From assembly GCF_025526975.1 (NCBI RefSeq), contig NW_026515668.1:1612001-1676000 (forward strand): a stretch of 64,000 nt of DNA. Reading direction: 5' to 3'. The notes under the pieces are model-generated. The model saw only the letters and a list, made by a program, of their open reading frames with translations. It was not told the DNA's origin and did no database searches. A program made the translations under genes and the position numbers. The number at the start of each line of letters is the position of its first letter. Position 1 is the stretch's first letter. The DNA is from Fimicolochytrium jonesii. Taxonomy: Eukaryota. Shown here in pieces: positions 14,555 to 25,830 of the stretch.

Positions 14555-15040
14555 CTAAGCGATCAAAGCAAACCCGGCGCCCAATGCGGACAGAATCATG
14601 CAGGAGATGGCCGAGCCAGCATTCAAAGCTTGACCGTCACTGCTTGGGGCCGATGCAGCGCCCGTTTGGGTGGCAACAGGGGAGACCGTGGTCAACGACG
14701 AAGAGCCCGCGGAAGAGACGGACGGCGCGGCCGGCGGGGTAACGGCCGTAGCTGTGGATGTGGAGGTGACGCTTACACTGGTGCTCGTTGCAGTGCTGGT
14801 GTGGGAGTCAGTCCAGTGGGTGGACGTGTCGTCCGAGGGCACGGGCAGAATGGTGACTGAACCCGTGGGTGTATCGACAGGGACCGTGATGGTGAAGCAC
14901 TTGACTGGGCATGGAGGTACGAGGCAGTTGACGGGAGCGCAGGAGGGGGCGGGTTCAGCGGGACCGGGGATGCTGGTCTCCTGTTGTGCTTGGACGAGAG
15001 CGGCGGAGGCCGTGAGGAGGGCGAGGGTTCTGAATTGCAT
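14555..15040 (-). CDS. Small secreted Ser/Thr-rich, putatively GPI-anchored surface protein (161 aa)
   Basis: Signal peptide MQFRTLALLTASAALVQA, four-Cys motif CAPVNCLVPPCPVKC, S/T/P-rich stalk and hydrophobic C-terminus ISCMILSALGAGFALIA. Confidence 0.85.
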   Translation of the reverse strand: MQFRTLALLTASAALVQAQQETSIPGPAEPAPSCAPVNCLVPPCPVKCFTITVPVDTPTGSVTILPVPSDDTSTHWTDSHTSTATSTSVSVTSTSTATAVTPPAAPSVSSAGSSSLTTVSPVATQTGAASAPSSDGQALNAGSAISCMILSALGAGFALIA

Positions 15041-16043
15041 TGTGAGGTCTTGAGGTGTGAGGTGCGAAAGAGGGTTGTTGCAGAACCGTAAGAAGCTGTG
15101 TCTGCCGAAAAAGAACTTGAGGTTGTTGAGTCGAATATGGGGAGAGTGGTTTGCAGACTGCGGATTGCAGTTGGTCGGGCGAGAGGAGGGCGGCGTTGGT
15201 TTTTATCTGCAATTATGCTTCGCTGGTGAGAAGGATCCGTGTGGCTTCCTTCCAGACGCGCGGTCACACGTTGGGATTACGCGGTGATCCAGCCTATGCC
15301 CACTACTCAGTCCTGCCATACCGCCGTGATCGGAATGGGACGGATGGACTCGGACCCCCCAATTCCGCCGATCAACGTCAAATGCCCTCAGGATACCTTC
15401 CATTGGGCAGCTTCCAGCGCTTTCTCCTGCCATCCAGATCCACGGCGTACTGTATATGTAATGCAGGTGTGAATGGCTGCCAAGATGGGCTTATCAAGCA
15501 TTTTATCGAAGGAACACCCCAAAAAAGAACACTGCTGCCAGATGGCCCATATGAGCCTCCATTTTCTTGTCTACTGTACCTTGGCACCAAGCCCATATTC
15601 AGGTAGCGGCAAAATGCCCACGTCGGCGGTGCAGTCCAATTCGACCTTTGGATGACTTACCTCTTTGCGCCGGGTGTGATCTAACCTTTGGAATATGCAG
15701 CTGCGTGAGAACTGTTGGCTTACCTTTGCTCGAGACTCTTGACGCACCTTGGCCACGGAGGAAAGGGCCTAGCGAAATGCTGATGATTTCATTTCACTCG
15801 GAACGAGAGCTCGACTACTACCGTCATTCCAGACGTCAGGCTTCCGTTGCCTCAACGCGACATCCGGGACTGATGCTGGTGACCTACACCCCAGTGGGAC
15901 CTGTCTTCCGGTAGAGAATGTGCACATTGGTAACTTACCTGAACCCTGCGACTCGTGAGGCAAGTCCAAGGCGCATACCGTAGGCTGAAGGAAACAAATC
16001 GGGAGAACAACGTTCGGCCTTTGTGCCCGAACTGTGCTTTTTT

Positions 16044-16278
16044 AGGCTAGGGTGCAGTTTAGTGGATTTTCGAATTTAAGTTACGCGTGAACTTAAATTT
16101 ACTTAAGGTTAGGTTAAGGTTAAGGTAAGTCACCGGCCCCCTGGTTAGGATTAGGGTTAGGGTTAGGCGGGGGTTAGGGAGGGTGGGGGTTAGGGGGGGT
16201 CGGTAATTTGTTGAAAATTAATATATTTTTTAAATGGGAACCCTTAACCGGGTACCTTAATAAACTGCACCCTTACCT
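16044..16278. mobile_element. MITE-like non-autonomous element with terminal inverted repeats and internal telomere-like (TTAGGG) repeats
   Basis: AGGGTGCAGTTTA (16049-16061) is the exact reverse complement of TAAACTGCACCCT (16261-16273), extendable to 16/18 over 16044-16278. T-runs flank both sides. Four perfect TTAGGG plus TTAGG/TTAAGG variants inside; no ORF. Confidence 0.75.
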
Positions 16279-18219
16279 TTTTTATATGCGGGCAGTGAGG
16301 CGTCGGCGGGGAGTTTGGTAGTGGGCACAGCCGGGCCCCGAAAAGACGTCGACTCCGGTCCCCTTCCTCCTCCCTGCTAGATCTACGTGAATCTCAACTA
16401 TTTTAACGCGCCTGGGAAAAATGGGGAAAGTCGCCTGTCAGCATAAACGCGTTGAGAAAGACGGCCTTACGCGCGCGTCCGCAAATCCTCAATAGCCTCA
16501 TTGCATAAGCACGGGAGAACACCCCGGCAGCGCAAATACACAGTCCCAAGACATATCTTTGCCGTCTTGGAGGCCCTGTCTGAGGCGAGCCTTTCGCAGC
16601 TCGGGACGACCAGTTTGAGGAGGGTGCAGCTCCAAGGACCTAAGTGCGTGACCGCTACAGAGGTGGGTTTGCGTAGACAGGATTCAAAAGGTAAGTTGGC
16701 GTTGACCATATGTTTACGAGTCCTGTCGCGCTGTACCTTGGCGGTGGTCATACAGCAGACATTCGGGATCAAAACACAGGTGACAAAGACGCATTTACGA
16801 TTGAGGCACAAAATTGGCCCGATTGGGGCCATCAACAGGGCCGATGACAGGCAGTGGACACACAGTGACCGACGGAAGGAGGATTTCTGCTCTAACTTTA
16901 AAACGCGTACGAGGCCCTCTTGTCAGCAACGACCGTAATTGAAGTAGCTATACGCGCATCTGGATTTGCGCCATACACTTTCACGGAAGTTGTTTGGGCC
17001 CGACTCGGGCCTTGAGCGAGCAACACATACGAAGTACTTCACTCCACGGGGAACGAAGACATCGCCATCATTCTCTTGGAACTCAGGCGATCTTATGAGA
17101 GGCCCCTGTCAGGCCCGAGTCGGGCAAAGATCGAAGAAAAAGCAGGCTCGCTCTCGCTTGTACACACATATCCGAAAAGCCCCTCTCGATCTGGTAAGGA
17201 TGGAGTGAAAGTGGACCACGGAATTGCAGTCCGCGCGCAGATTACGGGGTCCCCTTCGCTTGCGACAACGAGTCTCATAAATACTACCACATCGCGCTCG
17301 TGAGGGAAATCTGTAGCCGCTTGCTTGAGTATTGACTGTCCAGTTGTCTTCCAAGGCCCGTCACCTTGTCCGATTAAGTCTTGTTGCGTACGGGAATCCC
17401 AAGGTCGGAGTTTCAACTGAAACGCGTTTGATGCATTGAGCCCGTTGCTTACGCGTCGTCAGACAACAAGTAACTCCGGCCGAGTCGGACCGTCTTGAAA
17501 TCGCCGCTTTGCATGCCTCAAATGGATATCTTCCCACAGGCAAAAATGTTCTTGCCTCCGCCGCGCTGAGAGGCATTCACTCGCCCTTGTCTCTTCCTTT
17601 CGCAGGATCTGGATGTATTCGCACTGTCAGGACGTTGGGATTTGGATGCGGTGAAAGAGCTCGTCGGTCGCCTGATATGGCTTGCAGTGAGGTATTCGCT
17701 GGACTGGCGAAAAAGCGTAGGCGCTGCCGACCTCTCTACCTTCAGAGGAGTCATGCCTTAAGGAGGAATCAAAAAGCGGCCGGTTAACGTTGAAAGTCGT
17801 TAGCAGATCGCCTTACGCGACGAACACACGGACGCAATGAAGCTGCCCTAGGAAACGGGTCTCAAGTGACTTCTAGAAGTCGAAGAAATGACAACGCGAC
17901 GAAGTGCCTGACGCCGCAAGATTTTGAAAGAGCTGGATAGCGAGATTGCGGATGCAACATGTTGATCTTGTAAAACCGAGTTGCGGAGCCAGCTATGGCA
18001 TGGAGCTACCTGATTGAAGTTCAACATAATGAAATAGGGCAGGGGCGACGACTGTACTGTACACTAACCCCCACCACATGCCTCATTTCCTTCCAAGTGC
18101 TATGCTACGTACAAATCTGGACTAACAGCACAAGACCCATCAGACCAAAAAACGTATATAGCGAAAGAAGAATGTCGTCAGTAGATGTATATCCATCCCC
18201 AACGCATCAGGCTCATGCC

Positions 18220-21200
18220 TCACTTCCAAACTTTAACAACTCCATCCCTTGCGGCGGTAATAACCATCGGGTAAGGCACGACAGTCATGACCATATCCAC
18301 AACCACATCGCGGTGATCCACCACATTCACACCGCCAGCAGCGTCCTTCCCTTGCCGTCTCGGCGACGATCCTATGCTCCCGCCGCTACCGGACGGTGGC
18401 GGCGTACTCCTCCCACCGGATTGAAGTGCGCTGCTACTTATCGTGCGCGCCGGTGAATTGCTGCTGCCCTGCCGGCCTCCGCCGCTGGAGGAGGTTCGGC
18501 TGTGGGTTGGATTGGTGTCCTGACGGCCGCCGCGACTAGGGGACGCGCTGGTGTCGGTGGAGGTAAAGGCGTGGGTGGGTGTGTACTCGAAGTTGAAAGT
18601 CATGTCTCCGTATTGATGTGAGCTGATTTGACGGCCGGGATAAAGAACGGAGATACCAGGTTGAGAGCTATTGCAAGGTTAGGGAATAAAGCGACATGAT
18701 GTGTTTTCACCAACCTGTATCGCGGCGAGTTGTCGTTCTCGCTTAGCCCAACGACCACATACGACGCTTCGACATCATCAGTGGACAGGAATCGCAGCTT
18801 GCGGTCCGTTCCGCCAGTCAGCATGAAGTTTGCGTTGGCCGGGCATATGAAAGCGTTGATATTCAACGCCGTGTCAGGTTCCGTGGTTGGTTTCTTCGCG
18901 CCGTGTAGGCTCGACTTCAGGTCGGGGAATTCGTCTAGTTCTGGTGGTGGTGCAGCCTACGAGCGAAAATGCGTTGGAAAACGCGCGCATTATGAAGATT
19001 TGAAAACATCAGCAATGCTGCTTACCTGCAATCCAGCTCCATACGTCGCCTGCATCTTCTGCTCCACATCCCCTCCTCCATTTGCCGGGATGGTGCACCA
19101 CACCCGCGTGCACGTGACAACATCCACATCCCACAGCCCAATCTCATTGGTCATGCCCTGCATGGCTACCGCGACAGTCGTGCCAGCAGGGTTGCCAGGC
19201 CACGCGGCCAACTTGATCACCTTCTTTCGAGACGGATGCGCAAACGACTTTACTTTCAGGCCAAACCGGAGGTCCCAGATGGACAGCACGCCGCGATGAG
19301 TGCCAGTAACGAGGTACACGCGCTGTTTGTCGATGAGGAACGACGTAATCTGCCCGTGATGGGGCGGGATGGTGAATGCCCATACCTCGGTCATGGTCCG
19401 TAGATCGAACCCACATATCCGCCCTTTGTAAGTCGCGTACACCAGCACCGATTGCGTCTCGGTTTCATAGTGATCCAGGAGCACCGCGTGGTCATTGACC
19501 AGCTGGATCGTGCGGAGGAGTTGAAACCCGGCGTAGCGGGGTGTCGTGCCTGCCGTGATGCATTCGACGCGACAAACGTGAATCCCGCCGTCATCAGCAG
19601 CGGATGCGAACGAGTGCGTGTTCTCGATGAAGGTTAACGCTGTCACGCTGCCCTCATGGCCCAGATAGGTCAATCGCGAACGGTTGGTGACGTTCTTTTC
19701 CAGCCGCTGGGTATCCCAGATCTTGACTGACCGATCGTCTGAGCATGTCGCGAAGAAGACGTTGTCGGCAGATATCTTCAGACAATTGATGGGTGCCGTG
19801 TGTTCGACCAAGTGGGCAACAAGGATTCCAGCTGGACGCCATGCTTTGAGATCGAATGCGCTTCCTTGTGCTGTTGGCGGTCTCGCACGCTTGGCGCGTT
19901 GCGCCGCTGATGTCCCAAAGTCGACCGGGAGTGAGACCTTCGGTCCAAGTTCTTTTCATTGGTGAAGGAACACGATGTTAGGTCTGGTGCTTTTGAGGTG
20001 TCATTCGGGTTGAAGCGAAACATACCTGGTATCGTAGGAGGGAAGTACTCCCGCGTTTTCTTATCCAACAAGTGTCGGAGGTACATATCCACTCCATCTG
20101 CAAATAAAAAGAGTCTGAGCAATTGTTATGCCCCAAATGCCTTCCTCGGCACCTACACTCGGAATTGCGTCCACCATCCCCTTTCTTCTTCCCATGCTCA
20201 TTCAACGTTAACAGGGACGCCTTATCCGCATTACTATTAACCTCCTCGTTCGTAAACGACGTAGCAATGCTGCTCGCAACACTATCGCGTCTGGAGTGCG
20301 CCCTCCCTCCCGCAGCCCCAGCTCCACCAGAGTTGGAGTCCACACGAGGCACGAGCAATGACGAATTCTTGAAGCTGCCGCCAACATCCGCAAGACCGGC
20401 TCCTCCGCCGCCTAAGGGGAGCCCGCCGGAGAAGTTGCGTCCGCCGAGTGGGACGACGGTAGCGGATGGGCTGCGCGGGAACTTCTGAACTTCAGTGTGA
20501 ATGTCCGTCGCGCGAGATGACGGCGACACGACCCCAATGGCGTTGAAAGAGTCAACTTTGCCGAGTTTGGTAGGCGTCGATGGGCGAACATCTCTTAGCC
20601 CCATCCGAACGACGGTCGAGTCGGATGCACCGCGGCGATGTCGAGGGGCGCTTGATGACCCGGCCGCTCCTGCTGCTGAGCCGCGGATGCTGCCGACGGA
20701 GGAGGGGGCGGGCGAGGATGCGCGCGAGTCCCCGCGGTTGGGATTGAAGTTGCCGTCGTAGCTGTCCGGGAGACTGGATTCGGAAGTGGCGCGGGTCATG
20801 TGGGAGGTGTCAAACGCGCGTTGTGCCAACTTAGGATGAAGTACGCAGGTAAGTCCAAACCGTCGTGCGCTCCGAGCGCAGCCATATAGTGTGACATTCA
20901 CTCACCGAGGGTAAAACCCCATTATCCCCACTCTCAGAAGGCGACAAAAACAGCGTATGCGGCGTAGCCCCAAAATTCTTCAATGCAATCGAATCCCCCT
21001 TCGACGACTCGGACGCGGACGCCGGGTAAGCCCACTGATCCCGCATCTCGGACGACTGTTTCCTCAACCTCGCCTGCGTCATTTTCGAGATGTAGTACTT
21101 CATCGCAAATAGCTTCTCTTTGTCTTCGTCCGTCATGCCTAGTTCGCGGAGACGTTGGACGAGTTCGTTGCTCTCGCCGCCACCGCCGCTGCCGCTGATG

Positions 21201-24200
21201 CGGCCTGGGTGGGTGTGATGTTCGGAACTGTCGTGTGCGTCGTACATCCGCAGTGCGTTGGGAGACAGGGACCGGTCCCTATCCCATGGCGTGACGGTCT
21301 TGGACGCAAATGTCAGGGTCTGATCGTATAAGATCCTGCTGATAGGGGGTTTCAAACTCTCCAAGATATTGATTTCATTCAGGTACGGCGTGTCCACTTT
21401 AAGAAAAGGTTTGATGGTCGGGTAGAGGGCACAGCGGACATCGATCTCTGGTAAGAGCCGAGCAGCACATGCAATGAACGCGATGGCGCCGTATCTTATC
21501 CAGGTATTTGGGTGACACACGAGCGGCAGAACTGTCGCGACGAGTTCTTTCGCTTTGGGCTTTTGCAGCAGGCCGAGCTCCGCGAGCGAGGTGAGGGAGT
21601 TGAGCACCTTTTCGACGACAAACTCTTCCGCGTCTGTTAATGCTTGCACCATCAGCGGAAGGATGTATTCTTCGAGGCTTTGGCCGCCGACGAATGTACC
21701 GACCCCAACGATGCTCTCGAAAAACGCACTATGCACATGTCAAAATATCAGCACTCGCAGCGCACCAGAAAATATTGCATTGCCCGCGTACCTCCTCAGC
21801 TGCCAATCTGTCCCATTCAAATACGTAATCATATGCGACAGCAGAATATCATTCGCCTTCTGCCGTCCAAACATGATACACAACCGCGGCATTTCCGACA
21901 ACAGCGCGCGCTTGACGAGCGGGTCCGGGTCGATGAGGAGCGCGATGACTTCTTCTTGGATGAGCTCTTGTAAGTCTCGGAGGGAGGTGTCGTAAGACAT
22001 CTATGGAAGACAGGGTTGGTGTGTCGTATGGGGTGAAGAACACGAGAGAGAGAGAGAGAAACGTACGATACGGTGAACGTCCCCATCGGCATCCATATCA
22101 CGATGCAAGTCGTTTTTCAGTACCTCGGCGAGCTCAAGGAATTTGAACGCGAACTCCGCTGGGGACACAAAACAGAAAACATCAGGCGTGCGTGCCGGAA
22201 TGATACCCCGAGATTGAACCGGAACCGAAACAAGATTACGCACCGAAACTGGCAATACACTGCGCATACGTCGCCCTCACAAACCCTTCCGGATCAGAAG
22301 TGAAGCCTCTCAACGCTGGTAGGATGTACTCCGGGAAGATGTTGGCGTCGGGAGAGGTCACGCTATCAATCATGCTGAGCTACGCACCGTCAGCACGAAG
22401 CATCCCGACGCCAATAAGGGACAGTAACCTGACGGGCAACCTACCAAATGCATTAATCCCTTCAAAGCGGTAGCGCGCACCAGACTGTTCTCATCTTCAA
22501 GTAAGGTCATCAGGTAAGGCACTATCCGATCGAGGCGGATGTCGTCCGGGAGATGCATGCTGATGACCAGGAGGAGATCAATTGCGTGGAGCTTCGATGT
22601 TGGGTACAGGACGTTCCGCATTGCCGAACAGATGATGGCGGAGAGCAACAGACTGCCATCGGCTGTATGTGGTGCGATCAGTATTGCTCGAATGGTGATG
22701 AAGTGAAGGGTACAGCTACTTACACGCGTCAGCGCTTCCTTGACCTGCCACCAAGGCGGACGGGAAGTTCGGTATGTGGACATGCAATGAAGACAGGCTC
22801 TAAAAGTGAGTGCCACTAAGTTGAGCGCGATCCAGCGAGTGCATCACCTCAACTGAGTTGCCTCAACACCCACCTCCATGTGCAACACCCTCATCGCTGA
22901 AGGATCTAGAAAACGCAGGTTCGTTGAAATTTATTCCAAAAATACCATAGCCTTACACCAGACGTACCCACAGGCGACAATTTGGCATCAGCTCCACCCC
23001 CAAGCTCCGGCGAAGCCGTGACACCTCGATCAGTTACGCCCTCAAGCAACCCCAACGCCACCGAAATCTTATCGAAATCATGATAAATCCTCTCAATCTT
23101 CGCATCAGACGGCGGCATTGGGATCGTTGGGGTGGAAGGTGTCGTGGACCGCGTTGTGGGTATCCCCGTTGCGAGATCGGTTAGGGAGGATACGTAGGGG
23201 TGGAGGAATGTGTAGAAGAATTCGGGGAATGCTGTGCCGCGCCAGCCGGCGAGGTAGCCTTCGGCGGTGTGCCGTGCGTCTGGATCCAGTTGGATCATAT
23301 GCCGTAGCATGGACTGCAAAAACCTTGTCAGTCCGGCGATAGTGGGGCGACTGACTGCTGTAGCGTCCAACCTTGATATGTATGTCCTCCACCTTCTCCA
23401 AATCCGGTAATGGATCGTACTCTCCGCTTCTATATCGCAGAAGCTGCGACAAGGAGAATAGCGGCGTTCCTTCCAAGAAGAGCTCGGCAATCGTGCATCT
23501 GGATGACAATGTAAGACATCATACAAGGAAACATCCAGCGCCCACCGGCGACTCACCCTAGCGAAAAGATATCCATGGAAGGTAATAGTTGACCATCTTT
23601 ATCACTGAACAGCGTCTCTCCAGGCGCATAGAACCGCTCCGGTGCGAGATAACAGACTCGCCGGGAAGATGTGTCGAAGAAGAACGAGAAGTCGCCGGGG
23701 TTGTCCTGCGAATCACATCAGCCTCGGCATGTACTCCAGATGTGCGGCGCTTCCTGGCTGTCACCTACCTCCGGGAGGTAGGATGGCTTGAAACCGCTGA
23801 AGTCCACCAAGTACGCCCAATTCCAACTCGTGACCAGCACGTTCTCGGTCTTGATGTCCCCATGCCGAACCTATTTCGAGTGTCCCTATCAAACTACGCT
23901 CGTACAAAAAAGTGGAGAGCCTTCACGAAACCTGGCGGGCATGTGCATCGGCTAATCCAGCGAGAAGTTGGAAAGCGATCCACTTCTTTTCTATCATGGA
24001 AAGAAATGGCCGTGTACTGACAATACAGTAGCGTCAGTTTGCATACGGCGGCTCGCTCTCGCAGAACCTATAGTCATTAGCTCGGCGTTGATGTCACTGA
24101 CCTTATTCGATCATAAAGGTTACTGTACAGATGCTGCCTTATCAAATACGCCGCTCGCTCAGTCTCCATGATCCGTTGGTACGGAAATGCATTTGGGACA

Positions 24201-24638
24201 TCCAAGAGGAGATCGCGCTCGCCTAGAACATCAGTTTTAATGATATACGCCGTCGGGTAGTCGAGGAGGACGCTTACGGACCTTTGATGGTCTGGACATA
24301 GTCACGCAAGGATATGGCCGTATCAGGCTTGATAAAGATTTTCACAACGACAAGTCCGTCCCGATGCTTGCAGCGGATCGTTTTCATGAAATGGCCACTT
24401 CCCAGACTTTGTCGGGACGAAGAAACCGTTGTCAGTTTGAGCACCCGTGTAGGATGATCTTCAGCCTGCACTCCACCGCCCGTAGGTATGATATCTGTCG
24501 AGCGACCCGACTACATGACCTTAATGGGCCCGCAATACTCTACCTCTTCTCATATCGCACATCTGACAGCTCGCTGACATAGCTATCTATGCCGGCAGTG
24601 GATGTCCGGGGCGTCGTACTTGACAGAGTGTTCCCCAT
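18220..24638 (-). CDS. VPS15: Vps15/PIK3R4 (kinase domain, HEAT repeats, WD40); multi-exon
   Basis: Starts MGNTLSS (myristoylation-type). Motifs [76 protein letters not shown] and a WD40 region [15 protein letters not shown]; ends [12 protein letters not shown]. Confidence 0.93.
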
Positions 24639-25830
24639 TATAGTCTCTTCGTCTTGCCAGCGTAAGAACTGGAGCGGTCCACTTGCTTGGAAGAGGAAAC
24701 AACGGCCCCCCTGCTGCTATGTTGTGGTAGTGGCCAACTGGCCTCTCCTTCTTGTATTTGTGTGTGTGTTCTCACAGAGAATGCTGGTGTCTCTCCATTG
24801 ACACTTCTGGGAGAATAGATGCAGGAAGACTGTTGGCTTCACGCACGCGCACTGATGATTCACGCCTATCGGAGTTCTGGCAGCAGGACGTCGGAATACG
24901 ACTTCGCTTAGGCTGCTGGCATATAGCATACAGGAATCGCTAGACACTCAGGACAAAGAAGCCTCCAGGAGGGCATGGGCAATGTTCTGTATAGCTGAGT
25001 TGGTGAAGGATGCGATGGAACGCGGAAGACTTCGAACCCAAACCAAAGCGGTGACCCTACCGCTGGACATCTCCAGCGGAACCGAGTCTTTTCAGCCGCT
25101 GCATGATTCTAATCGTTACGGGCTCGCTTCACGTCTGTTCTGTTCTCAAATGACATCTAGGTTTCTGCGGTTTGTCGCATTCGCTCCTATCGCCCTCTGT
25201 TCAACGCTTTCCCATAGCATGTTATGAAAGCCACCCGGCCACTCTTGGCTGTTCCTAGCCACTTCGCAAGGACCATGTTTGGACAGTACATCGCAAGCGT
25301 GCAACATGATGCTCAGCGTGTATATAGCCGCCCACCCAAAGTCTCTGCTCAAAGCGATGGGATCTCATGTTTTGCTGTGGTTACCGCTCCATATTGATCC
25401 CTGCCATGAGAACGCTCAGATATGCTGGATTGATTGCAACCAGTCTGCTATCTACTCCGTATGGGTAGTGGTCAAAGGATCGGAAAACTGTTTGGCTCGG
25501 CCAATGCCTTCAATGACAAACGACGGAATTGGTCACTCGCATTAATGTTAGGCTCGAGCAGTCGTACAGTATATACTGTAGCTCGATGTCAGTCGTAGAG
25601 TTGCAGCAGTTTATTTCTCGTCCACGTGATCCGTCCCCGTTAGACTGAGGCCTTGACTGAGGCACAGCACCGTTTCCTCACGCAACCCTTCCTCAAAGGA
25701 ACATTGAAGGTCTCGTAACTAAGTAACAGCAAGGAAGAACAGCAAACCTCGCTCGCTCAGTCGTGTCGCCGAGAGGGCTGCCAACTACAGCCGCATAGCT
25801 TTGGTGCTGTTAGGCTCTCGCGCGCCCAGA

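Noticed and set aside
25060..25079. 8-bp hairpin CCGCTGGA-CATC-TCCAGCGG
   Set aside because: Isolated and short enough to arise by chance in 64 kb.
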